From the NCBI GenBank assembly GCA_973895155.1, contig OZ316892.1, positions 26,125,233 to 26,189,232 of the forward strand: a stretch of 64,000 nucleotides of DNA, read 5' to 3'. The position numbers and the translations under genes are program-made. The notes beneath the pieces were generated by a model that saw only the letters and a program-made list of their open reading frames with translations, was not told the DNA's origin and ran no database searches. Origin of the DNA: Marsupella aquatica. Its lineage: Eukaryota > Plantae > Marchantiophyta. This document shows, one piece after another, positions 35,938 to 49,735 of the stretch (within the stretch, counting starts at the first letter, position 1; each line of letters begins with the position of its first letter).

Positions 35938-38900
35938 GGTTTTTTTGTTTTGGAACAATGATAACAAGCTTTACTGAAACAGGGCCAACAAAGTACAACA
36001 AAACACATGTAAACAAGAGTGAAAGGACCAACAAAAACTATGGAAGAAATGGTATGAACAACGATACCAATCCAAGACCATTAAAGAAAAGAGACAATTC
36101 TGAAACAACAGTACTATCATCATTCTATCATAAGTACTACCCATATCCTCCAATCGGGCAAGGTGCACTGGTGTCTACTACAAAGGATTGCAATGGATGA
36201 CTGAGCTTCGGCCTCCTCAAGACTTCACTAAGATTTGTTCTCAAAAGTGTTTTGTCAAAATGGACAATGCTGCTCCGAATTAACCATAGCATGCATGAGT
36301 GGCCTGAGCTGGTGCACTAGTGCCTCCTATAGGAGATATGCAGCGGATGACTCAGGCTTGGGCCCGCTCTAAGATTTGGCCTGCCCGAACTTCACTAAGA
36401 TTTGTTGTCAAAAGTGGATCGTCAAAATGATCAATGGTGCTCCTCGTGAAATCTCCTTGCCACAAGCCTCCCTTATTAGCCGATTTGATTCCCTTTCTTC
36501 CCACGGCTGGTGATCTTGAGAGCCTTTCCAAATCTTCACACCTTTCATGATTTAGCTGTTGGCCAGCGTCTCACGCCTAGAAGATAGGCGTTCGTTATTT
36601 ACAGTTGGATGACCTTGGGTTCTCTGGCATTCCACTTTTTTGACCTGGGCCATTTGTCTAACGTCTCAGATACCTGGAAGATATGGTTTACAGTCTGTCC
36701 ATGGTAGATGATCTTGGGTTCTCTTCCCGTGTTCCTATAGCTCGCATGATCTCTGGTTACGTTTGTGGTTGGCCGTAGCTCGAAGTTGCGGTGAGCATTC
36801 TCCCAGCCAGCCAGGATTCCCAGGATTTGGTACGGGGACAGGACAGCTCTTTGATTGTTCGGCTCTTTAATTTTAGGCAACATCTCAGACTTTTATTTTG
36901 ACCTGGGATCTTCATCTCATTATGTCCGGTGACTCTTTAGGTCTTTTCTTTCCAGCAGAAGACTTTCTGACAAGGTGGCCCTCTGTCTCATGCAGAAGTG
37001 CACCGGTCTCCAGGCGATAATTATTGGTACTTGTACCACAGCAAAACCATCCCTTTCGAAAGCTGTGGTTCATCTCGACTGCAGTGTACTTTTCCAGTTT
37101 AAGTGCAGGCCTCAGCAACAGTCTAATACATTTCTAAAGAGGCTGGGTACCTTTTGTTCTTCGGCAGTTTGTTATATATATAATATAATATATATGGTTT
37201 GCCCCTTGTTTTCCGTTGATTGGATGATCAGATTTTTTGGCCTGTGGGATTTTGTCTCCCGGTTCAGCGCGCCCTGCTCTTTGGCAGTTTGATATATACT
37301 TTTCTAAAGAGATTTTTGCGCCTTGGCGAATCTGACAGGGGCAAACCTGTTGAGCGATGATTCGTTCTTCACGAGCTAATTTCTCGATAAGTTGAATGTT
37401 GAGGGTTAGGGACAATCTTGGGCATTTCCAGGACTGTGTCCGAAACAGACATCCCCGCGATCTCAGTCTTTACTGTACTACACAGTCCAGTAGCATTTGA
37501 CCAGCTTGGCCCGGCTTCAATTCGTCCCTTACGTTGCTGATTGGAGGATTCGCGTCAGGCTCGAGCTTTAAGGACACGTTTTGAGGTACCGTCAGAGGCC
37601 CGAGTCCTCGTTGCCAACTTATTAGGAAGCATTATTAACTATAAACTGAGCTCCTTTCACTTTGATGGATAGTCGCGCTTGACCCTCTCATTTCTGTAGC
37701 ACTCATCATTGAGTGAAGAAAAACTTGAAGAGCCTCCTGATCTCCCGGACTTTCATCAGAAAATACACCACTCAGGAACAAACTGCCGAACGACATCCAA
37801 GTGAGAGCACGGATCTCAATCATTCGCCGCTTTCTGAGATGACTTGTCCAAGGCTCAGCGGGTTTGCGCTCAAGCGAGAGATCTTGCACATTCCACTCGC
37901 TATTGCAACTCTATTTCTTCGTAGGGAGACTTGTCATTAGTGGGGGATTCTTAAGCAGTTCCCTGGTGTGGAGCACATTGCGTGAGGTTTTGGTCAGCTG
38001 AGGATGCAGGGCAAACGACCGGCTCGGTGAATCATCGCACTCACTGCCACTTCTTCAGTTGTGGTATTAGGCTGCGTTTTGTGCGTAACAGAGATTGCTT
38101 GTTGGGTTGCATTTATGGTCCGGGGACCCTTCATGCCGATCATCAGAGGACTGACTTGGTCGATGATCTCATTGCCAGTGGCTGTTGTGGGGTTGGGGTC
38201 GAGTCTCTGAACCACAGGGGATTGCTTGTTGCATCCATGGTCGTGCCAGATCGGAATTTCCGTCCTGAACTGAAATCCAAGGCGATTAAGCGGATGATTG
38301 CCTGTTGGGAATGTAATTTCACGCGTCCCGTTGTGTAGAGGGACAATCGGTTCCCTCATTTTCCAGGTTTCTGGCGCTAATCGTTGCAGGGCCTTGATGG
38401 AACTACTTCATAGTCCGGTCTTAACAAAGTACTGTAGATGATCTGTGGTGGATATGGAGGCACTTTGGCTCGGTGACAGGATGGTCTTTGATTTTTACCC
38501 GTGAGGCATGGTAGGTCTGGGATGAAGGAGGTAGTCTGGGGACCAGCTGGTCAGATCTCCAAGCGTTTTCCTGGATTTGGTGTTGAAGGACGGCGCGTCA
38601 AGCGGAAGGTGTCCAGAGGTCAGCAGACAAATGCAATCACAGGGCTGAATATCTTTTGAGGACGGTTTGCTAGCAAAGGAGAGCTGTGGACTGGTGATAT
38701 CTGGCGTTTCATCTCTCTAGGTGAGTTCGGGGACGCTTCTCTTGCGGTAGACTGCTAACCATGCGCACTGCATTATGGATTTCTTGCAAGCTGGGTCGTT
38801 GGTCTGCATCTAGCGCCAATGATGGAATCGGCGTCTGCTTTCTATTTCTCCCTTCTAAGAAAGTACGCGCTATCAACTTGATGTACTCGGTCTGCTGTAA

Positions 38901-39100
38901 ATGACGAGATCCGCTCCCAGACTCATTTCCATGTGTCTACCTGGTTCAATGAGTCGCGTGGGCTCACTCAGAGTTCCATTACATCCTTGTCTCAGCTGTG
39001 TGTTCCCCTTACTGAGCTGCCATTTCACTGAACCTGTTTGCTCCACATTTTGGAAAACCTCTGCCTTCACACAGAGGATTCCAAGGGATTCCGAGGGATT
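35938..39100 (-). mobile_element. Decayed L1-like LINE (ORF1 and endonuclease remnants, C-terminal ORF2 remnants, A-rich tail)
   Basis: Minus strand: EWNVQDL (~37890; APE start WNVRGL), SGRSGG (~37745), TVNHIF (~36690; zf-RVT-like), KIWK (~36530), A-rich tail near 35940-35953. Many stops, no recognisable RT core, 5' boundary approximate. Confidence 0.55.
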
Positions 39101-39379
39101 CCGATTCAATTTTCTTCGCTCGCGTTGGTTCCGATGCATTACACCCTGCTTCTTGTCACGGACTTCTTGGGTGTCAGAACCGCCAGTCCCTATTATGTTC
39201 AATTCGTCTTTCATCTCTTCTCCTCCCTTGGAAGATGTATTGGGGCCTTTCTCTGCCGAAGGTCATGATGATCTTCGGCTTGCGCTTTTGAAATTAGTTG
39301 CACAACTGATTTGTATATCCTTTGCAGAGATCCACCCAATCCGACTGTCTTGAGAAATCAGAAGAAGGCATTTTTCACA

Positions 39380-41464
39380 ATGGCACACTCGAACGGAGAC
39401 ATCCCAGATGTCTTAGATGGTACAAATGGCAAGGAGCATTCATCGTGGACTGGCTCGGCCCCTTTAGATTTGGGCTTGACCAGCCATCAGAAGTATGTGC
39501 GACTGGACTCTTCTACAACTGTGAACAAAGGCGGTCGTCCTGGCTTGAATAAATATGTTCTTGGGTGTGCTCTTTTGGCATCTTTTAACTCCATTTTATT
39601 GGGCTATGGTAAGTTACTCAACCCTTTGCAGTATGGAGTTTGAGATAGTCCAATTTTTAATGCGGATTAATTGCGAACCCGATCACAAGCCCCTTCGCAG
39701 TGTGGAGTTTGATTGTCCAATTTCCAATGCAGATTAACTTCTAACCAACCGGCTCCTTTTCTCATGGATTGGGTTGAGAAATTCTAGATGAAGGTTTTCA
39801 TTTGTTTGATGATCGGCAATGCAGATACTGGCGTCATGAGTGGGGCTCTCCTATTCATAAAAGATGACCTCGGTATTTCAGAGTTGCAGGAGGAAATCTT
39901 GGTAGGATCGCTGTCCATAGTTTCTCTAATAGGGTCAGCTTCTGCTGGGCGAATTGCAGACGCTTTTGGGCGGAAATGGACAATGATCATAGCACAATTG
40001 TTTTTCCTTGTTGGTGCCGTGGTATTGGGGTTAGCCCCAAATTTTTCAGTTCTTTTGGTGGGCCGGTTTTTGGCGGGTATTGGAGTTGGATTCGGATTGA
40101 TGGTTGCTCCAGTCTACACAGCCGAGGTTGCTCCAGCAAGCAGTAGAGGCTCGCTGGTGTCCCTTCCTGAGATATTTATCAACGTAGGCATTCTCTTAGG
40201 TTACATATGCAGCTATGCTCTCTCAGGGTTGCCCTTAACTCTGGGTTGGAGATTTATGCTCGGGTTTGGTGCAGCACCATCGATTTTCCTGATCTTGTCT
40301 GTGCTGATAATGCCCGAGTCCCCTCGCTGGCTAGTCATGCAGAAACGGTTTGATGAAGCCGAGATAGTTCTCATCAGAACCTCTGGTGACAAAGCTGAGG
40401 CGGATCTAAGGTTGGCTGAAATCATTGCTGCAGCTGGGCTGACTCCTCCTTCCGAGGAAACCGGAAAGTCCACCTGGCCTGGGCAAGGTATTGTCGAGGA
40501 GGTAAGCCAACCGAATGCAAAGGGAAATGGGCAAGGTGTGTGGTTGGAACTTTTGTGTCCAACTCCTCCAGTTCGCCGAATGCTCGTCCTTGCACTTGGT
40601 ATTCAGTTCTTCCAACAATCAACTGGGATTGATGCAATGGTGTACTATAGTCCAGCTGTTCTCAACAAGTCAGGAATCACAAACAAATCAGCAAGTATTG
40701 CAGCAACGGTTGCTATCGGCTTTTGCAAGACCCTGTTCATCTTAGTGGCCACAATTTGGCTGGATCGAGCCGGGCGGAGACCTTTGCTATTAACCAGTAT
40801 TTCGGGTATGACGGTGTCTCTGGGAATCCTTGCCATTGGGTTCCAGGTGCTTGGTGTAACACAGGCTTCGGACGATGTCCTTGCCAATGGTGTCGCTGAT
40901 TCTCCTCTCAGTTCACCCCAAGCTTCTGGATTGGCACCTGTGTTCGCTGTACTAGGACTTTGTTCCTATGTCGCTTTTTTCTCAGTTGGTATGGGCCCTA
41001 TAAACTGGGTTGTCACTTCCGAAGTATTCTCCTCAAGATTAAGGGCACAAGCAATGGGCCTCGGAATTCTTGTCAATAGACTTGCCAGTGGGACAGTATC
41101 CCTCAGCTTCCTAAGTCTTGTGGATGCCATAACGTTGTCAGGAACATTCGGTGTCTTTGCTTCCATGGGACTTCTTGGAACCATCTTCATTTACTGTCTG
41201 GTGCCAGAGACTAAAGGGAAGACTCTGGAAGAAATCGCTCAACTGTTCGAGAGAAAAGAAGTCCCGCCTGTGGCGTTCTTGGAGCTGGGAGCTATATATG
41301 GTATAGAAGAAGGTGAGGAAGGAGTGGATCCTGAGGCAGCATTCCCTCATAAGTATTCTCATGAGGGAGAAGAGGCGACTCTTATAGCACATGCACCTAT
41401 TGGCACATCCATTGGAGACAGTGTAGCACTTCAGAAAGAGCTAGTGACGAAGGGTGAACAGTAG
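39380..41464 (+). CDS. Polyol/monosaccharide transporter (MFS sugar porter, PMT/PLT family, PMT4-like); 2 exons: 39380-39608 and 39825-41464
   Basis: NKYVLGCALLASFNSILLGY|DTGVMSGA across a phase-1 intron; DAFGRK, PVYTAEVAP, PESPRWL, FFQQSTG, DRAGRRPLL, PETKGKTLEEI. Confidence 0.94.
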
Positions 41465-42599
41465 ATCAGTTTAGGGTATGATCTGCCCAATTTCAGTGCA
41501 GATGCCGAACAATTGATTTCGCGGATTCTTCTTGTAGTAGAGAATGGGGAAATTCGATCCCCTGTACAAACTTGTGTAGTACGGTGCTGCCGTGGCCCAA
41601 ATGAGCATGGTGATTTTCAGCTAGTGGCATTCGAAGATACAGTAGACTGTCCACAGCGGCAAGTAAGTGTGGCCTATGATTGCTGAAGCCAGCAAGTCTT
41701 CAAGGATACCTTCTTTGCGATGACATGACATAAGGTATTAGCTGGAACTCAGTTATAATCAGATCGGTTTCATTGCTGTCCTTGCCGTCGTTGGTATGAA
41801 GGAGCACTCGTTATCACTACAGTGGAGAGAACTGCTTTGTTCCTGTACTCCAGCAAGTTTCTCCTCCTGATTCCAATCTTTTAACGTGTTAGTTGGAGCG
41901 AGCCGAGTGCTTTCATGAGCTTCGGTGGGCCCTTCTTTCAACGAAGCAATCTGTTAAATGTAAATTCCTGCTTCTGGGAAGCTGTCTAACTGCCTCAATG
42001 GAATCAACGTGGGATAGGCAGGGGAGCTGGAACTGTCAGGTTGGGAGCAATTTTTGCACACTATTGACCTTCCTATTGCCAGACGCTGGGACGAGGCAAA
42101 TGTACAGTATGTCTTATCTCTCTCCATCGAAAGAAACCATCTCTAGGTGGGTAGATGCTTATGTTTGCACGAGACACTCTGGAAGCCAGCGAACCGCTTG
42201 TAGTCAACTAGTAGTATTTGTTCTTCTCAATTCTTGCCTGGAAATGGTGGTAACATCAGGGTGACTTTAGATACGTACCAGACATTGAGAGTTATGGAGC
42301 TCGAAAACCTACAGTGGAGGATGTCCAGGAGTGGTTGCCAATTTTCGTTATTTCAGTGTTCCTGAATAGGACGATATGAATGGTCCCATTGACCGAAGAT
42401 GTTAATATGACTACTTTGGACTTGTAGACTCATGTTCTCTGAGTGAATCTGCCTTCCGAATGATCTGTAAGGGAATGATTGGATGCTATCATGGAAAAGA
42501 AATTCATCTCCATGGTTGGGCCATGTTTGATTTTCTTTGGTTCTACTGGAACTGATCTGCTCTTGTCAAAAATTGCACCTAAAATTAGTGCACCTGGTG

Positions 42600-43112
42600 A
42601 TTGTATTTGTTCCCCTTTTGTACTGTAAGTGCAAGGGCTTCTTCACTGCCATCGTTTTGCACTTATTGGCACATTGCAATTGATACGTAAGTGCAAGGGC
42701 TCGTTTACAGCCATCATTGTGCACTATCAACCGTTGCAACTGATTCAATACTGCAATGAAATGATCACGTTGTAGTTATTGGTGAGTGCACTGGGTTTTT
42801 GCATACACCTGCACTTATCACTACTCTGCAATCTCAATAAGTACACCGCTTCTTGTACTTATTGAACATTGCAACTGATGCATAAGTGCAAGGGCTTGTT
42901 TACAGCCATCATCTTGCACTTATCAAATTTTGCAATTGATTCATAAGTGCAATAAGTTGATTGACATTGTAGGTATTCGTGAGGGAACTAAATGCTTCCA
43001 TATACTTGCACTTATCAATAAACTGCAATCTCAATAAATGCAATAGATACAACCAACAAATCAAATGATTGCACTAAACTGCAACCTCAACAAATCAAAT
43101 GATTGCACTAAA
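42600..43112. repeat. GCACTTAT-motif AT-rich repeat family (copy 2) with internal tandem units
   Basis: Repeated taagtgcaagggc..tttacagccatc..tgcacttatcaa units, plus a caacaaatcaaatgattgcactaaac duplication at ~43055-43112. Confidence 0.6.
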
Positions 43113-43260
43113 CGGTAACACAGGTTGAAGGAACTTGACCTTTACAATATTTTTGAGATATCAGCTAGTGGTGGGGAGGGCATTCACCAATTGTCTGTCC
43201 CTCTAAGTGGGTGAAAAGGAGAACTGGTGGTGAAGATAATCTAAGAGAGCCAATAGAATA

Positions 43261-43460
43261 GCCATGAACTCTACCCTAAACACTACAATTGGCCATTGAC
43301 TGTTGCACTTGGAAACTGACTTCTATCATTAACCTGACTACAATGAAAGTGTCAACAAAGTATATTTATCATTCCCAAATTAGTGTTTAGGGTAGAGCCA
43401 CTAACTCGCATCTCTAAATATTTAGAAGTCAATTGTAGTGTTTAGGGTAGAGTTCATGGC
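43261..43460. mobile_element. Foldback/MITE with perfect 30-bp terminal inverted repeats
   Basis: gccatgaactctaccctaaacactacaatt (43261-43290) is the exact reverse complement of 43431-43460. Extra partial copies lie at ~43381 and ~43472. Confidence 0.8.
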
Positions 43461-43573
43461 CATATTTCAATGGCCAATTGTATTGTTTAGGGTAAAGCTT
43501 CAACAAAATATATTTACACTTTTATTGTCTTCAGGTACATAGAATGGGTACTAGGGGCTAGTATGGTCTAAAG

Positions 43574-43610
43574 TGGGCGGACAGAATATGGGCCAAAGCC
43601 CTAAACCCTA
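43574..43610 (+). promoter_or_regulatory. Site II (TGGGCC) plus telo-box (AAACCCTA) module upstream of PurM
   Basis: TGGGCC at 43589-43594 and AAACCCTA at 43603-43610, about 450 bp upstream of the ATG. This pairing is known in growth- and translation-related plant promoters; function here is untested. Confidence 0.4.
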
Positions 43611-44055
43611 CCCTTCCAAAAAAAAACACCTCTCCAATCCACTCGTCAACGAAATTCCAACTGAGAAGAGTATTGTGGTGAAGTCTGGGGTCTGCGTGTC
43701 GATCGATTGCTCTAATGGTGGATTGGTAATAGGCCGCACGCTCAAAGTATTGGCAGCAGCCAGGGTGATGCAAGCCGCAGCAGCTGAAGGAACACTGTAG
43801 GTAATTTAGTGTTGCGTGTGCTAGATTATTTTATGTTGAGGATTTGTCGAGAGCTTTTCCCATTCTGCGGATTTCTGTCGAGAACGCAGTTGAGACGGTG
43901 CTCGAGAAATTGCAGTCGAGAGAGTGTGGAAGGGGACGAGGACTTGCTAAGCTTTGTGTGGATTTTTTCCTGCTTTCTAAGCCCCGACATACCTCCGGCC
44001 AGCCTGGGAGTGTAGAACAGAGGAGGGACCGAGGTAGCGACGACAACGAAGTAGA

Positions 44056-46430
44056 ATGGATGCCATACATTTCTTCCCTTCTCGTCCTCCGTTTGCAAGA
44101 CCCAAATTAGGACAACAGGGTCGGGGAGTGCATGTAGCAGGGTCCATGACTAGAGCTTTTGTTAGAGCAGAGTCGAGCCAACCACTGAACGAGAGTGGAC
44201 CGAGGCCAGGACCAGCGATGAAGAAGGCTTCGAGGAGCTGGAGGGCAACGTCTACTCCAGAGGTGGAGGCAGGAGCTGGCCTGACTTATAAAGACGCAGG
44301 GGTGGACATTGATGCTGGTTCGGAGCTAGTGAAACGAATTGCTAAACTGACCCCAGGCATAGGGGGATTCGGCGGGTTGTTCCCATTCGGTGGGTGCTAT
44401 TTGTTCTGAGTGGATTTTCCTCTTTCTGTTTTTATTAATTTCATGGGATTCAATGCACCATTTTTCAATTCTGTGTGACAATTCTGTTTTGTCTGTTCGC
44501 TTGGGTCGCTGTTGGTGAGGTGGTTCTAATTGGGTAAAACTTTAAAATCTACCCGATTTACAGCGACTTAGGGAATTTTTTATTGCACTCTGCTGAGGTC
44601 TGATTTTCCAACTATTTGTTCCCAATGTTGGTTGTGAACAGGAGATTCGTATTTGGTGGCAGGGACAGATGGGGTTGGAACAAAGCTCAAACTGGCATTT
44701 GAGCTGGATATCCATGATACAATTGGCATCGACCTGGTTTATACTCAAAACCTCAACTAACTGCTTGTGCTTTTACTAGGAAATGCAATGAACGCGCTTG
44801 ATTCTAAACTGAAGTTTGAATGAATCTGGATGACATTTGCTCTTTCCGTACCTAAGGTATTGAACTTCCTTGTTATTCATGTTGTCAAATTATGGTTTAG
44901 ATGAACTCCACCTTAAGATTGTTTCAGACACTAAATCCACTTTGGAATGTGACAGGTAGCAATGAGTGTGAATGACATAGTCACATCTGGCGCCAAACCA
45001 CACTTCTTCCTTGACTACTTCGCAACGAGTCATCTTGATGTTGACCAGGCAGAGCAGGTGTGCCGTCAGGCACTTTCCCACCGCAGTGAGATTGCCTGGA
45101 TTATATAATGTAAGGGACTGGAGATGTTAAAAGCTTTAGGGTGAAGGTTTTAGGATCTAGGGTCAGTAGAAGCTTTGGGGGTTTAGGGTTGAAGCCCTAA
45201 CCTTCCGTAGTATAATGTATAATCCATTTCTGATTTCAGGTTATCAAAGGTATCGTTGATGGATGTCGTCAATCAGACTGTGTTCTTCTTGGAGGAGAGG
45301 TAATGAAAGCTTGATTGCAGTAAAATTTTGGGCCAACTCATTTTCTTGTCAGAATCTACTGTGGTTTCATATTCCTCAGGCTGTTCAACATTTGATTGTT
45401 TCTTATTCTAGTATGAAGTCACATTCCTGACAAGCTTCACTGCAGACTGCAGAGATGCCAGATTTTTATGCGGACGGTGAGTATGACCTCAGTGGCTTCG
45501 CAGTCGGCAGTGTCAAAAAAGATGCCTTGATCAATGGAAATACTATCTTGGTGGGAGACCAGATCATTGGGTTGGCATCAAGTGGTGTCCACTCAAACGG
45601 ATTTTCCCTTGTACGCAGGTCAGGACTGTGGAGTACAACGTTCTCTGTAGCATTTCATGTTGGAATTTTGACAAATGAAACATTTCTTATCCTAGTCGTG
45701 GTAAAGATTTCTATAATTTCGTAATTGCAGACAGTGTTGGGGGTTGCATTCAGCTGAAAGATTTGAGAATATGACTAGGTGCAAGAAAGATTTTGGCAGG
45801 AATTTTAACTTACATCGTTTGGCAGAGTACTCGCCAAAAGTGGAGCATCGCTTCAAGACACCCTACCTGGTGCAGATGGAATTTCTATCGGAGAGGCGCT
45901 CTTGGCTCCCACTGTGATCTATGTCAAGCAGGTGCTGGAGCTAGTGGCCAATGGTGGGGTGAAAGGTATTGCGCATATCACAGGTGGTGGATTTACAGAT
46001 AATATTCCTCGGATTTTCCCACCTGGACTTGGTGCCTTCGTGAAAGTTGGTGCATGGAATGTGCTCCCAATTTTCAATTGGTTACAAAAGGTGAGATTCA
46101 GTAGTGAGTAGCAAACTTTCATGTACTCTGCATCCTGGCAAGTAACTTTTAAGATCAAAACTAAATGTGTCATTTTTCTGAGAAAATGTGTCGTTTTCCT
46201 TTAATAAATTTGAGTATCAGGAAAAAAAGAATTTAACTGGTCACTGCTTCGTTTTGCTCATGAAGGCTGGAGGTGTAGAGGAGGCAGAAATGTTTCGAAC
46301 CTTTAATATGGGTATCGGAATGATTCTGGTCGTCGCTCCGGAAGTGGCCAGTGAAATCCTATCAACACACACCAACGCAAGTCTGCTGGGTCATGTCGCG
46401 GAGGGTCAAGGTGTTACCTATGGCAGATGA
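44056..46430 (+). CDS. PUR5: Phosphoribosylformylglycinamidine cyclo-ligase (AIR synthetase, PurM/PUR5) with transit peptide; 7 exons (44056-44389, 44642-44736, 44956-45057, 45240-45299, ~45447-45619, ~45826-46090, ~46266-46430)
   Basis: [100 protein letters not shown]. All introns GT-AG. Confidence 0.96.
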
Positions 46431-47326
46431 TTTCAGGCAACTCTCAGCGAGCTATGATTTTTCCTGAGATGACAATACTTGACAACGTGGAGTTTGTAAA
46501 GATTGCAAAGGCTAAACAGGGGTCAACTGTGAGTGGTGCTACTTTAGTCAACTTCTAGTCAAGAGTAACGCAAAGACACCACCACTCACCAGACATGTTT
46601 TCAATTGTTGCCATCTACAGTGCATCAACTATTTTTCATTTTGTGAGGAAACCTTTTACAAAGTTGAATAAGTTTCCTTGACATTTGTCAAACAAAGGAA
46701 AGGATCGAAGGACTGAAATGCCCATTCATATGAAGACACTATTGTATGACAGTGCAACTCTGATGTAGATGAATACCAAGCTCGAAGTTAAATTCATCTA
46801 AGCCAATCTGGAGCTTGGATAAATTTCTCAATGCTTCTTAAGCCCCCAGAGGCCCATTCCGAGCCAGCATGGAGAAACTGTTACCCCGGAGGCAATCAAA
46901 ATTTTGATCAGGGAGATGTGTGCCTTTGACTAAAGGAACAGTGATACTATGCTAGAGAATTGAGAGTTATGTGGAGTATGCCCGAGTTACAGCTTCATCT
47001 CACGAGAAGATCTCATGAAGGACTCTTACTAGAGAAGATCTCATGACGTACTTGTGAATACACTTTTCATGCAAATGACTCAAAAGACGAATGGACCAAG
47101 CAGCCAGATGAGGAGACCTCCAAGAGAGGTAGTCTAAAATCTAGGAAGAAATGAGCTCTACATAGGAATTTGGGCCCAATTCCATTCCATGTAAGGGAGG
47201 CAATAATAGTATAGATAAAAACAGGTAATAGCATAGACAAAAACTGCCCCCAACGTGTTGTGAAGTGAAATGTAGTGCGTCTCCCTAATGGACGGCCCTG
47301 ATCATGTTAAGGTAGTCTGGGATTAC

Positions 47327-47500
47327 ATTTATGTTTTCTTTCACTCAAAAGTTGACACAAGCCTTTTTCCCAGACTGCATCTCATTAAAAATGAACTTTA
47401 CATTGTAAGGTCATTTATGTTTTAGATCACTCAAAAGTTGACACATAAGCCTTTTTCCCATACTGCATCTCATTAAAATTGAACCTTACATTATAAGGTC
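47327..47500. repeat. ~87-bp tandem duplication
   Basis: atttatgtttt..tcactcaaaagttgacac..aagcctttttccca.actgcatctcattaaaa..gaac.ttacatt.taaggtc occurs twice. Confidence 0.8.
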
Positions 47501-48099
47501 TGTAGCCAATCAATTTTGCCACCTTAATGAACAGCTAAAGATCTGAGGTAATTCCTTAATGGGATAAAAAGCATTCCAAATCTATGGTGTAGATGCTATG
47601 TGTTGCCCGTATATAGAGTCTACTTTGTATTCCATTAAGAGATACTGCAGGTCGTCACCAGGTACATCTTGGAGACTACAAAAAGGTTAAAACTGCCACA
47701 ACATCTTGCCTCCCTATGGTCACACATAGAAAATGAACACTCATATACATAAATAGAATAACACTCAATGATATAAACAAAATAATTGAGTTTTATCATG
47801 ATAAAGGAGTGACATCCATCACATTTTGATGCGCAATTATTACCAGGACTCCATCATTTAAAGCCACCCTTAGGTCGTCATTGACAAGTGTAGTTGGTAT
47901 CCAGGTGCAATAATTTATTGTACCCAAGGGGAATCCAGGCCACAGGAACTAGAGTAGGTCGTCACTGACAAGTGATGTTTGCATGTATGTCCAATAATTT
48001 AATATTGCAGCCAAGGGGGAATACAAGCCACACGAATTAGGTCATCTTGAGTGATATCTCGTGTATCATACACGAACGGTAAAAGTGCTTTGGTTCTAA

Positions 48100-48795
48100 G
48101 AGCAATCTCGTAAATACTGCTGTACAATTGCTGTACAGTGTAATGTGCATAAGTGCAGGGTGGTAATGTAGTCCCTCAATAATAGAGCAGATTCTTTTGT
48201 AAATGCATCATCTATAAATGCAGATTTCAAGTCACTAAATCACAAATACTTAAGTGTATTTTCTGTGTATAAGGTATAGATACATTAATCATTGACCCCA
48301 ACACATAAAAGCATTTATTAATAAGTGCAACAAACAACCACACGTTGTAGTTTCATGTACTTATTCATAACACATATGTTAAAAGCATTTACTGATAAGT
48401 GCAACAAACAACTACACATTGTAGTTTCATGTACTTATTCATATGAATGTGCACTAAGAGCATTTTGGGTATGAGAAATCTATGCATATATGACGTGACA
48501 ATACATTTGTAAAAGTGCATAAGTGCTTTCATAAGCATTCATTAGAAAGTGCAATAGACACATATGGAAAAGTGCATAAAACACATATGGAAAAGTGCAA
48601 CACTACTACATTTATGGAAATACATAAGGGATTTCATAGGTACTTATTGGGAAGTGCAACATGCATTTATGATGAAATGCATAAAACACATATGGAAAAG
48701 TGCAACATGCACTTATGATGAACTGAACTGCATAATGTGGATAACTGCAGGCTTGGGGTATCGACTCGGGAGCCTGCACTTAGACATGCACTTAG
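48100..48795. repeat. GCACTTAT-motif repeat family (copy 3, opposite orientation to copy 1), Harbinger-like ends
   Basis: Starts TAA|GAGCAATCTC and ends CATGCAC|TTA. Internal tandem units ataagtgcaacaaacaac and cataaaacacatatggaaaagtgcaac. Confidence 0.55.
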
Positions 48796-48920
48796 ACACG
48801 GTAGACGAGACTGTACTTATCTATCGCTTCGGGCCTGAGCATGTCGTTCGATCCTATCGTTGGAAGCTCGTACTGAGACAAGGTATGGCTAAATAGAACT
48901 CGAAGGACACACATGTGAGC

Positions 48921-49735
48921 TCACGTTTTCAGTTTTCTGTTTTGCTGTTTGTCGTAGTTGCCGGCAGCCCTTTCGTGGTAGATGCGGCGTCGTTTGCCAC
49001 ATCTTAGGGTCTTTTTTTCAAACTCTGTTTCCATCGTGATGGCTATGGAAGCCGGCAGTCCTCTCGAGGTAGATGCATATCGTTTGCCACAGTTGCATGA
49101 TCGAATTTCTTATGTCGAGGTCTTCCTTTCCAGAATCTTGCCCACGTTTTCTGTTTTGTAGTTTGTCGTAGTTGCCGGCAGTCCTTTCGTGGTAGATGCG
49201 GGATTGTTTGCCACAGCTGCATGAACATGTGATGCCGAGGACTTCCTTTCCAAAATCGCTTTCCGTCGTGAGGGCTATGGAGGCCGGCAGTCCTCCCTTG
49301 GTAGATGCATATTGTTTGCCACAGCTGCATGAAGTCGTGATAGCGAGGTCTTCCTTTCCAGGATCTTGCTCACGTTTTCTGTTTTCCGTTTTCTAGTTTG
49401 TCGTAGTTACCGGCAGTCCTTTCGTGGTAGATGCGGTATAGTTTGCCGCATCTGCATGAACATGAAATGCCGAGGACTTCCTTTCCAAAATCTCGTTCCG
49501 TCGTGAGGGCTATGGAAGCCGGCAGTCCTCTCTTGGTAGATGCATATCGTTTGCCACAGTTGCATGCATTTGTTATGTCGAGGTCTTCCTTTCCAGGATC
49601 TCTTTCTGTCGTGAGGGCTATGGAAGCCGGCAGACCTTCCTTGGTAGATACATATCGTTTGCCACGGGTCCATGAATCTGTGATGTGGGGGTCTTCCTTT
49701 CCGAGATTTCTTTGAGTCGTGAGGGCTATGGAAGC
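48921..49735. repeat. GC-balanced tandem array, ~110-bp monomer in alternating A/B variants (~7 units)
   Basis: Core gccggcagtcct..ggtagatgc..gtttgccaca near 48960, 49051, 49173, 49283, 49409, 49518 and 49626. Confidence 0.9.
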
